A DNA stretch of 64,000 bases from Lentisphaerae bacterium GWF2_38_69 (GTDB lineage Bacteria; Verrucomicrobiota; Lentisphaeria; Victivallales; GWF2-38-69): positions 12,650 to 76,649 of the forward strand of contig MHBE01000035.1 in the NCBI GenBank assembly GCA_001803205.1. The letters are read 5' to 3'. Shown here piece after piece: positions 1 to 9,739 of this stretch. Made by a program: the position numbers and the translations under genes. Numbering within the stretch: the stretch's first letter is position 1; the number at the start of each line of letters is the position of its first letter. Below the pieces are notes generated by a model that saw only the letters and a list, made by a program, of their open reading frames with translations, made no database searches and was not told the origin of the DNA.

Positions 1-175
1 CCTTAATATCAAGCCAGCTATAACTATCAATGTCAGAAAAATAATATAATGGTTTTTTTTCATGTATTTGATTAACTTTTAATTGAACAGAATAGCATTT
101 TTTCCCTTTGTTTGCTCGAAGTGGATGCCTCAGATTACTAAAGCGATGACCAGTCGTCGTACTCCAAAAATTGCA

Positions 176-1348
176 TTATATCATAATATCTGTATATAAT
201 GGGTTTATAACATTATAGTTGTTAATCTTCACAGCTTCTTTCTCTTCTGTCATAGAGAACAGGACAGATTCAATATCTCTATCTCCCAATGCCGATGAAA
301 CTTTGGCAAAATTAAGTTTTTTATTCTCAGAGAATTCAGATGCTTTAGCTTCCATCAGATACAGTTTATCGTTAAGTTCAACGAGAAAATCTATTTCAAC
401 AGCGTTTTGATCCCTGTAAAAAAACAAGTTTTTGCCCGGAAGTAAACCAGAACTTTTTACAAGTTCGTTAAAAACGAAGTTTTCCCATAATTGTCCTCTA
501 TTGGCGTAAGATTCCCACGCATTTAAATTTGAAACATTCATTAACTGGCACAAAAGTCCGCTGTCTGCGAAATATAGTTTAGGAGCTTTTATAAATCTTT
601 TACCGATATTATCAAAAAAAGGAGGCAGCAGATAAATAATACCGCCTGCCTCCAAAGCTGAAATCCAATTCTTGATAGTATTGTTAGAAACTCCTACATC
701 TCTGGCAATCTGAGTATAATTTACCAGTTGTCCTGCTCTCAATGTACATATTCTCAAAAAACGCTGGAAGTCTTTTAAAGATGACACATTTATCAGTTCT
801 TTCAGGTCTTTTTCGAGATATGTTTGAATGTAACCTTCGAAATAATCCGATGCTGATAAGTCAGGGTTGGCCCATAGTTCGGGATATCCCCCTTTCCATA
901 GAATTTCTTTAATCTGTGAATCTGAAAATTGCCCGCTAGATCTAAGCTCTTTAGCACTAAATGATTCAAGATTAAATATCTGGATTCTTCCTGCAAGGCT
1001 CTCCGAAGCTTTTTTCATCAGAGAAAATTTCTGACTGCCTGAGATAATCCAATTCCCGTATTTCTGCCTGTTCTCATCAATCAGAATCTTTAAATGCCTG
1101 AAAAGCATCGGAGCATACTGTATCTCATCGATAATTGCTGGCAATTTAAGCTTCTTTAGGAACAAGTCAGGATTTGACTCAGCTTCTGCTGCAATAGAAA
1201 TTTTATCCAGAGTTGTATATGAATACTCAGGAAAAGTTTTCATTAGAAGCGAACTCTTCCCTGTCTGTCTTGCCCCTGTTAACAAAATAACAGGTCTGCT
1301 CTTCGCGCTCTTTGCTATCTTTTCCTTTATCTGTCTTTCAATCCACAT
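176..1348 (-). CDS. AAA+ superfamily ATP-binding protein (AAA_14 + DUF4143 type)
   Basis: Walker A GARQTGKS, Walker B IIDEIQ, GGYPE, KLYFADSGLL and C-terminal EIDF...EAK motifs typical of the family. Confidence 0.85.
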   Translation of the reverse strand: MWIERQIKEKIAKSAKSRPVILLTGARQTGKSSLLMKTFPEYSYTTLDKISIAAEAESNPDLFLKKLKLPAIIDEIQYAPMLFRHLKILIDENRQKYGNWIISGSQKFSLMKKASESLAGRIQIFNLESFSAKELRSSGQFSDSQIKEILWKGGYPELWANPDLSASDYFEGYIQTYLEKDLKELINVSSLKDFQRFLRICTLRAGQLVNYTQIARDVGVSNNTIKNWISALEAGGIIYLLPPFFDNIGKRFIKAPKLYFADSGLLCQLMNVSNLNAWESYANRGQLWENFVFNELVKSSGLLPGKNLFFYRDQNAVEIDFLVELNDKLYLMEAKASEFSENKKLNFAKVSSALGDRDIESVLFSMTEEKEAVKINNYNVINPLYTDIMI

Positions 1349-1661
1349 AAAACATCATCATTAAGATACATTGAAGTTTAATTTCATTTTATCTTAACTT
1401 ACAATCATTACAAGCCTAATCCAAAATGAATTTTAAATGTTCTTTTGCTAGTTTTCATCCTTTGGATTTCTTCATAACTTCTGAAAACAAGATATTAAGA
1501 ACAAATTTCATTTATCCAGAAACCTGCCGCTGTTTAATTCAGCCGTTAAATGGCCAATTTCCCAGTCCGCCAAGGTATCCAGCACATATAAATATGCGTT
1601 CATAAAACCCCTACAGTTATTCTATTATTCTATCGTTTCTTAGAATATCTCTACCTGCATT

Positions 1662-1792
1662 TTTGGAGTGCGGAGACACGGCCGGCTCGGGCTAGGCTTG
1701 ATTCCGCTTTTAAGATAGGCGGCATGCCTCGGGATATCGAAAGCTATGACAATAAGCTAAAACGCTTATCTAAAGAGTCATAGCACTCCAAA
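1662..1792. repeat. Palindromic REP/REPIN-like repeat, TTTGGAGTGC...GCACTCCAAA family
   Basis: Terminal inverted repeat TTTGGAGTGC/GCACTCCAAA; shares AAAGCTATGAC..GTCATAGCACTCCAAA with the copy at 5871-5957. Confidence 0.8.
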
Positions 1793-1795
1793 GTA

Positions 1796-3475
1796 TCACT
1801 TTTCGATTTTGCTGTTCACTTCTGCTAAAACTTTATCGCGGTGTTCGATTGCTACTGTTCTCAATTGATTGATCTTCTCCGTCATCTCAGCTTTAAAGGC
1901 TGCATCTTTAATGCTTGGAAGATTGATATTTACATTTAGCGCAGCTCCTTCGAATCCAGCGTATGCCATAAGAGCCCCTACTCCGACATCGCTTGCTGAA
2001 TTTGGGTTCCCAATCTGAGCTACTTCGAGAAGTTCAGAAAGAGCATCAACGCATCTTTTCGCAGTATTAAACGGAACAAGTGTAGCTTTCTTATATCCTT
2101 CCTGCATAGCCTTTCTTCTAAGAGCAATTTCTTCTTCTGTATTTTTCGGCATTCTCAAGGCAAGCATAACATCGTTAAAGGCTTCTGTATCAAGATCAAC
2201 AGCTTTCTTGAGATCTTCCAGGCATGCTATTAGGCGCTCACTTCTTTTTGTGAGAGGTTCCAAGGTGGATTCATAACCTTTCTTAGCCGGCGTAAGACAA
2301 GCCACCATTGATCCAAGTCCTGCTCCCAAAGCTCCGGCAAGAGCTGAGACGCTCCCTCCTCCCGGCGCAGGAGAGTCCTTGCCAACTTCATCAACGAAAT
2401 CGTCAAGCCTCATTGAACAGAGCTTTCCTTTAGCTGTCAGTATATTTTCCAGTATCTTTTCTTCGGGTTTGAACTTTGATACCTCATTTAGTCCCAAGGA
2501 TTTGACTGCAAGATGTATGAGTTCGCTTTCAGGAACCCCGGGATTTCGTTTGGCTTTCTTAAGATAATATCTGCCGGTTTCAAGCAATACTTCTTTCGGA
2601 AGAATGCCGATTAATTCGCTGCCTGTTACTCTCAGGCCTCGCTTTGCGGCCTCGTCAACAGCTGTTTCAAAGAGCACATGAAGAGGAGTAACTTTATAAT
2701 TTACAAGATTAAAGGAAAGTTGGGCTATTCCATATTCGTCAATATACCAGCCGATTCCTTTTACGGCTTTAAGGAGGCCTGGAATCTTGATAGATGTTCC
2801 ATCCGGATAGCGAAGTATCTCATTTTTTTCATTTCTCTTAGCTCTGCCTATTTCTCTGACAGCAAAGGCAATATCCTGGGCAAGAACCCTGTCTCTCGTA
2901 TTGAGATTGACATTATAGGCTATCAGAAACTCTCTTGCGCTTATATTTACAGCGCCGCCTTTTTTAACTGTTTCATTAAATTCGCAAGAGCCGCAATCGG
3001 GCTTGAGCGTTTTGAGTTTTTCAGGAAGGCTTTCATATTCGCCTTTTCTAACAAAAGCAAGATCGCGCCTTTCCTCTGTGGAAGCAGCATTTTCATAGAA
3101 ATAAACCGGTAAGCCAAGCTCGTCTCCGACTTTTGCACCAATTCTCTTAGCTATAGCTACGCACTCTTCCATAGTTACGCCTTCTACCGGAACAATCGGG
3201 CAGACATCTGTGCATCCCTGTCTTGGATGAGCACCCTTGTGCTTGCTCATATCTATAAGTTCGTAACTCTTTTTTATACAGGCAAACGCTGCTTTCTCAA
3301 CAGCTTCAGGTTCGCCAACAAAAGTTATCACTGTTCTATTTGTGTCATAACCTATATCGACATCAATAACCCTGATGCCGTCTGCAGCACCTTTAATGGC
3401 CTCTACAACTGCATCAATTACCTGTTTATTTCTGCCTTCTGAAATATTCGGTACACATTCAACTAGTCTGTTCAT
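1796..3475 (-). CDS. ftcD: Bifunctional glutamate formiminotransferase / formiminotetrahydrofolate cyclodeaminase
   Basis: Starts MNRLVECVPNISEGR (ATG at 3475 with AGGAGA RBS; the ORF track start is too far upstream); HKGAHPRQG motif; C-terminal SPAPGGGSVSAL cyclodeaminase motif; hut context. Confidence 0.9.
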   Translation of the reverse strand: MNRLVECVPNISEGRNKQVIDAVVEAIKGAADGIRVIDVDIGYDTNRTVITFVGEPEAVEKAAFACIKKSYELIDMSKHKGAHPRQGCTDVCPIVPVEGVTMEECVAIAKRIGAKVGDELGLPVYFYENAASTEERRDLAFVRKGEYESLPEKLKTLKPDCGSCEFNETVKKGGAVNISAREFLIAYNVNLNTRDRVLAQDIAFAVREIGRAKRNEKNEILRYPDGTSIKIPGLLKAVKGIGWYIDEYGIAQLSFNLVNYKVTPLHVLFETAVDEAAKRGLRVTGSELIGILPKEVLLETGRYYLKKAKRNPGVPESELIHLAVKSLGLNEVSKFKPEEKILENILTAKGKLCSMRLDDFVDEVGKDSPAPGGGSVSALAGALGAGLGSMVACLTPAKKGYESTLEPLTKRSERLIACLEDLKKAVDLDTEAFNDVMLALRMPKNTEEEIALRRKAMQEGYKKATLVPFNTAKRCVDALSELLEVAQIGNPNSASDVGVGALMAYAGFEGAALNVNINLPSIKDAAFKAEMTEKINQLRTVAIEHRDKVLAEVNSKIEK

Positions 3476-3518
3476 AACAATATCTCCTGGAATTAATTGC
3501 TTGATATTTTTCATTCCT

Positions 3519-3543
3519 GAGACACAAAATCTTGTGTCTCTAC
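3519..3543 (-). repeat. GTAG-footed REP (GTAGAGACACAAGATTTTGTGTCTC)
   Basis: GTAG tetranucleotide plus GAGACACAA/TTGTGTCTC palindrome overlapping the RAYT 3' end. Confidence 0.8.
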
Positions 3544-3782
3544 GAAATCCATATTGTATCTGTCCAGTTCCCAACTGGTTGGATTGGCTCTAATGTAGTT
3601 TCTGATATTATTCAACTCTTTATCTCTCGAAACAATGTGATCATAATAACCCTTCTGCCAGTTGAAGCAGGTGCCTTTGACTAAAGCACACTTTTTGACA
3701 CCTATCTTAAAACCTCTTATAATCGAGGGCAAATTTTTGGTTTGCGGCCCGAAATTCCCTGGCTTCCTGTCAGGAATACTTT

Positions 3783-3809
3783 GCAGAGACACAAGAGTTT
3801 GTGTCTCTC
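3783..3809 (+). repeat. REP copy embedded in-frame inside the RAYT gene
   Basis: GCAGAGACACAAGAGTTTGTGTCTCTC, encodes RETQTLVSLQ just after the HUH motif. Confidence 0.75.
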
Positions 3810-4098
3810 TGTCAGCATGACAGATTTCGATTATCCCGTGAATATGGTTTGGCATAATTACATACTCGTCAAGTTTCGCAAACGGGAAATGATCTGGAAT
3901 TTCCTTCCAGCATTTATCTACACATTTTCCAACTTCAGATAAAATCATTTTTTCATCTGATATCGACCCCAGTAGCAATTGGTGTTTCTTGACACAAATA
4001 GTTATAAAGTAGAGTCCTTCATTGGAATAATTCCAATTCTTGTATCTCACTGTCTCTATACGATATTTATTCTGATATAACATCGAATTTTATTCTTT

Positions 4099-4123
4099 GT
4101 AGAGACACAAAATCTTGTGTCTC
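4099..4123 (+). repeat. GTAG-footed REP (GTAGAGACACAAAATCTTGTGTCTC)
   Basis: Same palindrome as 3519-3543 in opposite orientation, upstream of the RAYT start. Confidence 0.8.
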
Positions 4124-4134
4124 CATAAAATAAA

Positions 4135-5829
4135 TTACACTGTTAAACCCGGTATTTTTACGCCTTTGTTTCTGGCACAATCCATTGCTATTTCATAACC
4201 GGCATCTGCATGACGGAATATCCCGAAAGACGGGTCAACAGTCAGTACTCTTCGAATAGCTTCAGCTTTCTCTTCTGTCCCTGTAGCCACAATCACCTGT
4301 CCGCAATGGGTTGAATAACCAATTCCTACTCCGCCGCCATTATGAATCGAAACCCAGTCTGCTCCGCAAACAGCGTTTGACATCGCATTAAGTAACGGCC
4401 AGTCAGCGATAGCATCGCTGCCATCCTTCATATCTTCTGTTTCCCTGTTTGGAGAAGCCACTGAACCGCAGTCAAGGTGATCTCTTCCGATAACCATTGG
4501 AGCCTTAAGTTCGCCTTTTCTTACCAGTTCGTTCATTTTAAGCGCGAACTTTGCTCTGTCTCCAAGTCCGAGCCAGCAAACTCTGTTTGGCAAAGCTATT
4601 TGAGGAACGCTTTTTTTTGCCAGGCTTATCCATCTGCTTAATATTTTATCTTGAGGAAACATCTCAAGAATCAGCTCATCGAGTCTGTCAATATCAGAAA
4701 CTTCTCCTGATAAGGCAGCCCATCGGTAAGGGCCTCTACCTTCACAGAAGAGCGGTCTGATATATTCTGGCACAAATCCAGGATAGAGAAACTTGCCATT
4801 CGTATCCCTGACTTTGAGTCCGCCTTTTTCAGCCTGTCCGCGAAGATTGTTGCCGTAATCAAAAGCAACAGCTCCCCTGCTCTGCATATCAATTATCGCT
4901 TGTGTATGCAGTTTGATTGCTTCGAGGGATTTAGCCTTATAGGATTCGGGATTGTTTTTCCTTAGTTCCATCATGGTTTTAAAATCACCGATTGGAACAT
5001 AGTCAAGTAAATCGTGCGCAGATGTCTGATCCGTAACAATGTCAGGAACAAGCTCTCGCTTGACTAATTCGGGAAGAACTTCGGCACAGTTGCCTACAAG
5101 TCCGATTGAAAGTGCTTTATTTGCCGCAACAGCTTCTCGCATCATGCCTATTGCTTCATCCAGCGTCATTGCCATCTTGTCGCAGTATTTCTCATTAACT
5201 TTTCTTTTAACTCTGTCTATGTCAGCCTCAACATTTATCACTACGCCGCCATTCATTGTTACAGAAAGAGGCTGCGCGCCGCTCATTCCTCCAAGACCAC
5301 CAGTAAGAACCCATCTGCCCGCAAGCGTACCGTTAAAGTGTTTATCCGCAATAGCAGCAAAGGTCTGGAAAGTACCCTGTAAAATTCCTTGCGTCCCGAT
5401 ATATATCCAGCTTCCGGCAGTCATCTGTCCGTACATGGTTAATCCCATTGCATCGTACTTGTCAAAGTTATCCTGAGTTGACCATGCCGGAACAATGTTG
5501 CTGTTGGCAATTAATACTCTCGGGCTGTTTTTATAAGTTTTGATAATTCCGACAGGTTTCCCTGACTGTATCAGAAGAGTTTCATCCGGTTCAAGATTGA
5601 TAAGAGCATTGACTATTTTATGGTATTCCTTCCAGTTTCTGGCGGCTCTCCCTGCTCCGCCATAAACAATTAACTGGTCAGGAATAAGAGCGTTGTCGGG
5701 ATCGATATTGTTTTCAAGCATCCGCAACGCGGCTTCAGCTTCCCATGTCTTAGCCCTCAGTTGTGTTCCTCTCTTTGCTCTGACAGGAATTGAAGGTTTC
5801 AATTCCATGTACATCGGTCTTGTCTGCAT
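4135..5829 (-). CDS. hutU: Urocanate hydratase
   Basis: YGQMTAGSWIYIGTQGILQGT, TDQTSAHD, IGRDHLDCGSVASPNRETE signatures; AGGAGG RBS before ATG 5829. Confidence 0.97.
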   Translation of the reverse strand: MQTRPMYMELKPSIPVRAKRGTQLRAKTWEAEAALRMLENNIDPDNALIPDQLIVYGGAGRAARNWKEYHKIVNALINLEPDETLLIQSGKPVGIIKTYKNSPRVLIANSNIVPAWSTQDNFDKYDAMGLTMYGQMTAGSWIYIGTQGILQGTFQTFAAIADKHFNGTLAGRWVLTGGLGGMSGAQPLSVTMNGGVVINVEADIDRVKRKVNEKYCDKMAMTLDEAIGMMREAVAANKALSIGLVGNCAEVLPELVKRELVPDIVTDQTSAHDLLDYVPIGDFKTMMELRKNNPESYKAKSLEAIKLHTQAIIDMQSRGAVAFDYGNNLRGQAEKGGLKVRDTNGKFLYPGFVPEYIRPLFCEGRGPYRWAALSGEVSDIDRLDELILEMFPQDKILSRWISLAKKSVPQIALPNRVCWLGLGDRAKFALKMNELVRKGELKAPMVIGRDHLDCGSVASPNRETEDMKDGSDAIADWPLLNAMSNAVCGADWVSIHNGGGVGIGYSTHCGQVIVATGTEEKAEAIRRVLTVDPSFGIFRHADAGYEIAMDCARNKGVKIPGLTV

Positions 5830-5870
5830 CTTCAAACCTCCTATTTAAATTCTAACAATTATATCAGCAT

Positions 5871-5957
5871 TTTGGAGTGCGGAAATTCATTTCAGCTTTG
5901 TTAGTCCGAAGCATGCTTCGGATCATTGAAAGCTATGACAAGTCATAGCACTCCAAA
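5871..5957. repeat. Palindromic REP/REPIN-like repeat, TTTGGAGTGC...GCACTCCAAA family
   Basis: Terminal inverted repeat with internal hairpins TCCGAAGCATGCTTCGGA and GCTATGACAAGTCATAGC. Confidence 0.8.
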
Positions 5958-6019
5958 TTTGTTATTATAATATCTGCCTTTCTTTCGTGATTTTCGTAAC
6001 TTTCGTGGTTAAATCTTCA

Positions 6020-7546
6020 TTATTTGAGTTTAATAACTTTTTCCACAGCCTTTAAAACTATGCGGTCATCTACAAGTTTCCTTGCTATTTCCATATCTTT
6101 GTAAAGAATTCGGTCTTCGTCCATAAACGATATATATTTCCTGACTTCGTCTCTGGCGACTTTAGTTCCTGTTCCCGGGCTCATATCCCAAAAATCCATT
6201 CCCTGCGCGGCAGTCAGGAGCTGGATGGCCACAACATTCTCTGTATTGTCAATAATATCGAGAGCGTGTCTGCACGAAATTGTCCCCATGCTCACATGGT
6301 CTTCCTGCCCTGCGGAGGTCGGGATAGAGTCCACACTTGCCGGATGTGAAAGCACTTTATTTTCCGATACAAGAGCTGCCGCGGTATACTGAACGATCAT
6401 AAATCCTGAATTAATTCCACCGTTTCTAGTTAAAAATCCAGGCAAGCCGGATTTGTATGGATTAACCAGTCTATCGATCAATCGTTCGGATATATTAGAA
6501 AGCTCAGAAACAGCCATGCCTAGATAATCAAGAGCGAGAGCAAGAGGTTCACCATGGAAATTGCCACCTGATATAGCCTCATCCTGATCAGCAAAAATAA
6601 GAGGATTATCATTAGCCGAGTTGATCTCAATACTCAAGATACTTTCTACATAGTTTATCGCGTCAAGAACTGCTCCTGTTACCTGGGGATAACAGCGAAG
6701 AGTATATGCGTCCTGGACTTTGGAACAATCTCTATGTGAACTTATTATCTCACTGCCAGCAAGGAGATTTCGCAAGTTTTCCGCGACAGTCACCTGTCCG
6801 GCATGAGGCCTGAGGGCATGTATTCTTTCATCGAAGGCTTTAGTTGTTCCTTTCAGAGCTTCTACGCTCATTGCAGTAGCTATCTGTGCATTCTTGATCA
6901 GTCTTTTTGCCTTATAAACAGACAGGCAGCCGAGAGAAGCCATCGCCTGAGTGCCATTTGTCAAACCTAGTCCTTCCTTAGCTTTAAGTACTACAGGTTC
7001 AATCCCTTTTTTAAGCATCACGCCCTTTGAAGGAAATCTTTTTCCTCCTACGAGACATTCGCCTTCTCCTACAATGGCAAGAGCCAGATGAGCAAGGGGC
7101 GCAAGATCTCCGCTGGCTCCTACCGAACCTTGTGAAGGAATATATGGATATATTCCCTTGTTAAGCAAAGCTATTAAAGTATTTATAACAGTTAGCCTCA
7201 CTCCTGAATAACCTTTAGCCAACGCGTTTATTCTTAAGAGAATTATTCCTCTCACCACTTTTTCAGAAAAAGGTGTGCCAACCCCCACAGAATGGCTTCG
7301 TACAAGATTGAGCTGAAGTTTTTCAACTTCATCAGGGGGAATGGTTTTATTGGCAAGATCGCCGAAACCTGTAGTAATCCCATAAACAGTTTTGCCAGAT
7401 TTTACAAGTCTTTCAACACAGTCACTGGAAGCTTTTATGAGCTTTTCGGCCTCAGGGCAGAGAGAGACTTCTTCGAATTTCAAAGCAACATTGAATACAT
7501 CCTCAATCTTGAGGGTATTTCCATCTAAAATAACCATATATCGCAC
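6020..7546 (-). CDS. hutH: Histidine ammonia-lyase
   Basis: GSVGASGDLAPLAH (MIO-forming ASG), VYGITTGFG, QDAYTLRC, SGGNFHG, QEDHVSMG; start may be ATG 7537. Confidence 0.97.
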   Translation of the reverse strand: MRYMVILDGNTLKIEDVFNVALKFEEVSLCPEAEKLIKASSDCVERLVKSGKTVYGITTGFGDLANKTIPPDEVEKLQLNLVRSHSVGVGTPFSEKVVRGIILLRINALAKGYSGVRLTVINTLIALLNKGIYPYIPSQGSVGASGDLAPLAHLALAIVGEGECLVGGKRFPSKGVMLKKGIEPVVLKAKEGLGLTNGTQAMASLGCLSVYKAKRLIKNAQIATAMSVEALKGTTKAFDERIHALRPHAGQVTVAENLRNLLAGSEIISSHRDCSKVQDAYTLRCYPQVTGAVLDAINYVESILSIEINSANDNPLIFADQDEAISGGNFHGEPLALALDYLGMAVSELSNISERLIDRLVNPYKSGLPGFLTRNGGINSGFMIVQYTAAALVSENKVLSHPASVDSIPTSAGQEDHVSMGTISCRHALDIIDNTENVVAIQLLTAAQGMDFWDMSPGTGTKVARDEVRKYISFMDEDRILYKDMEIARKLVDDRIVLKAVEKVIKLK

Positions 7547-7737
7547 CTTACCTTAAAGAATATTTTTCACCTGTCTTCAAAATACTTCGTATGGCTTCTG
7601 CTTTCAATCTTGCCTTCAGGAGTTTATGTTATAAGATTCTATTAATCGCACACTAAACGACCTTAAAGCTATTGAGTAGATATTTAAGTGTACAAAATAA
7701 ATATTCCTGAAATACTCATGTCTATATAAAACCTTTA

Positions 7738-7833
7738 TCTGTCAGCGAATTAAGCGAATTTGTCGAAGTTAGGTATATAATAGGCTATTTCGATGCTTTT
7801 AGTTAATTCGTTTAATTTGTGTAATTCGTTGAT
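7738..7833. repeat. 96-bp dispersed repeat with imperfect terminal inverted repeats (copy 1)
   Basis: Matches 56606-56701 with one mismatch; ends TCAGCGAATTA / TAATTCGTTGA. Confidence 0.9.
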
Positions 7834-7943
7834 TTCTGCACAGAGTTTAAAAGCTCCGGTTTTCTCGGTGTCCTCTGTGGTAAAACAGCCTGATGATAAA
7901 TAGCTAACAATTGGCGTTAAAATATAAAATCGATGAGGAATTT

Positions 7944-9047
7944 ATGCCATTTCAAAAAATAGATAGAGATAAACTCTTAATAAAACCGCTTAAGTCCAGA
8001 TGCAATAAAGTTAATATAGAAAAAGACCATCTGACAGTCGATTCACCCGTAAAAGAATTAAACAGCAAGGATAAAACCATTATTGCGGAAACGGCGCAAC
8101 GGATAATCCAGGCTAAAAAGAACGGCAAATCCGTAGTCCTGGCTTTCGGAGCTCACTCGATAAAAAACGGCCTCTCTCCTGTGCTTATTAAGTTCATAGA
8201 AGAAGGATGGATTACTCATCTTGCCACTAATGGAGCCGGAATAATTCATGACTGGGAATTTGCATATCTTGGCAAATCCAGCGAAGATGTCAGGGCAAAT
8301 GTAAAAAGCGGCGAATTCGGCATCTGGGAGGAGACAGGATTCTTTATTAATCTTGCGATAGTGGTCGGAGCATATGAAGGACTTGGATATGGAGAAAGCG
8401 TCGGGGCTATGATCGAAAACGAAGGACTTAATATACCTTCAGCAAAGGAACTCGAAATATCTATCAGAGACACATCTGATCTTGATAAATCCGCATCTGC
8501 CGCGGATCTGCTTTGGACTATAAGAAAATTCAATCTTCAGGAAGGATGGTTACACATACCACACCCTCATAAAAAATATACCCTTCAAGCTGCAGCATAT
8601 AGGTTGAAAGTTCCTTTCACAAGCCATCCGATGTTCGGACATGACATTATCTACAATCATCCAATGAATCACGGAGGCGCTATCGGAAGAACAGCTTTGA
8701 GGGACTTTCTGGTATATGCAAAGAGCATAGAGAACATTGACGGCGGAGTCTATCTCTCTGTCGGTTCAGCTGTTATGTCTCCCATGATTTTCGAAAAATC
8801 ACTATCAATGGCTCAAAATCTGAAAATTCAGGAAGGCAAACACATAGACAATCATTTTATTTTGGTCGTGGATTTGGCAAAAAGCACATGGGACTGGAGC
8901 AAGGATGGCGAACCCCCAATGGATAATCCCGCTTACTATCTCAGATACTGCAAGACATTCAACCGCATGGGCGGCACAATGAAATACATCTCAGCCGACA
9001 ACCGTGACTTCCTGATTTCGCTGTATAAACTCCTGATAAGGCCTTAA
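7944..9047 (+). CDS. Conserved hypothetical protein, deoxyhypusine-synthase-like fold
   Basis: FGAHSIKNGLS..HLATNGAGIIHDWEFA and YLSVGSAVMSP motifs resemble DHS-like proteins; GAGGA RBS before ATG 7944. Confidence 0.55.
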   Translation: MPFQKIDRDKLLIKPLKSRCNKVNIEKDHLTVDSPVKELNSKDKTIIAETAQRIIQAKKNGKSVVLAFGAHSIKNGLSPVLIKFIEEGWITHLATNGAGIIHDWEFAYLGKSSEDVRANVKSGEFGIWEETGFFINLAIVVGAYEGLGYGESVGAMIENEGLNIPSAKELEISIRDTSDLDKSASAADLLWTIRKFNLQEGWLHIPHPHKKYTLQAAAYRLKVPFTSHPMFGHDIIYNHPMNHGGAIGRTALRDFLVYAKSIENIDGGVYLSVGSAVMSPMIFEKSLSMAQNLKIQEGKHIDNHFILVVDLAKSTWDWSKDGEPPMDNPAYYLRYCKTFNRMGGTMKYISADNRDFLISLYKLLIRP

Positions 9048-9186
9048 GGAACATTTTCGCTCATAGGCTCTAAGCTATTGAAAATGATTGAATTACCTGT
9101 GGTTAACCATTATAATTAATCTCAATCACAGTAAGAGGGCGATTAAATCATATACAGAATCAATGTTGGCTGAACGGAGGAGAGCT

Positions 9187-9657
9187 ATGATTTCGTTGAG
9201 ACGAACCTACAAATTTGCGCGGAATCGGATAAACCAATTGAGGGCTTCTGCCCCACCTGATGAAGCATTTGTTCTGACAATGTTCTTCGTCGAGAAGATT
9301 ATCCGTAGGACACTCCTTCAACTGATGATTCGGAGCGGAATGACGCTGGCGGATGCGGTTGTGGCTATGAAGAAACTCAAGGGCATCTGGGCCGTCAAGA
9401 ATGCATGGCACAAGTATGATCCGGCGAATCGCGATCTTGAGGCTGTCATCGGAAAGGCACACTGGGATGTCATTGCGGACTCGGCTACGAAGCGAAACGA
9501 TCTGGTTCATGGTTCGGGCAACGAGGGCCAGAGAGTCTATAGCCAGGTTCTTACCCCGCTGATAGCCAGTCTGGATCAGATTCGTCAGACATTTACGGGG
9601 GAGTACAAGTATGCAGGGTGGCGAGGCATGAAGGATGCCGCCGGAAATCCGCTTTGA
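9187..9657 (+). CDS. Cassette 1: hypothetical protein with HEPN-like RxxxxH motif
   Basis: GGAGGAG RBS before ATG 9187; RNDLVH motif; visibly more GC-rich than its neighbours. Confidence 0.55.
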   Translation: MISLRRTYKFARNRINQLRASAPPDEAFVLTMFFVEKIIRRTLLQLMIRSGMTLADAVVAMKKLKGIWAVKNAWHKYDPANRDLEAVIGKAHWDVIADSATKRNDLVHGSGNEGQRVYSQVLTPLIASLDQIRQTFTGEYKYAGWRGMKDAAGNPL

Positions 9658-9667
9658 GAAACGACCC

Positions 9668-9733
9668 AGCCAACAATTCGGTCGAGCTAACGGGGCGCGC
9701 CGTGCGCCCCTTAGCTCACCTCTGATATTATAC
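9668..9733 (+). repeat. attC site 1
   Basis: R'' AGCCAAC (exact complement of cassette start GTTGGCT at 9165); stem GAGCTAA.GGGGCGC/GCGCCCCTTAGCTC; R' ATTATAC (G replaced by A). Confidence 0.8.
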
Positions 9734-9739
9734 AAAAAA

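Larger units (their letters stand above)
3511..4083 (-). mobile_element. REP-associated tyrosine transposase (RAYT, IS200/IS605-like Y1 HUH)
   Basis: YFITIC, YVIMPNHIHGII (HUH), WQKGYYDHIV, YIRANP motifs; flanked by GTAG-footed palindromes. Confidence 0.85.

Noticed and set aside
3476-3574. N-terminal extension of ftcD in the ORF track
   Set aside because: Overlaps the RAYT end and a REP; the family start and RBS point to 3475
9050-9171. Possible attI site or integrase upstream of cassette 1
   Set aside because: Only the GTTGGCT crossover is visible; no intI ORF or recognisable attI repeats
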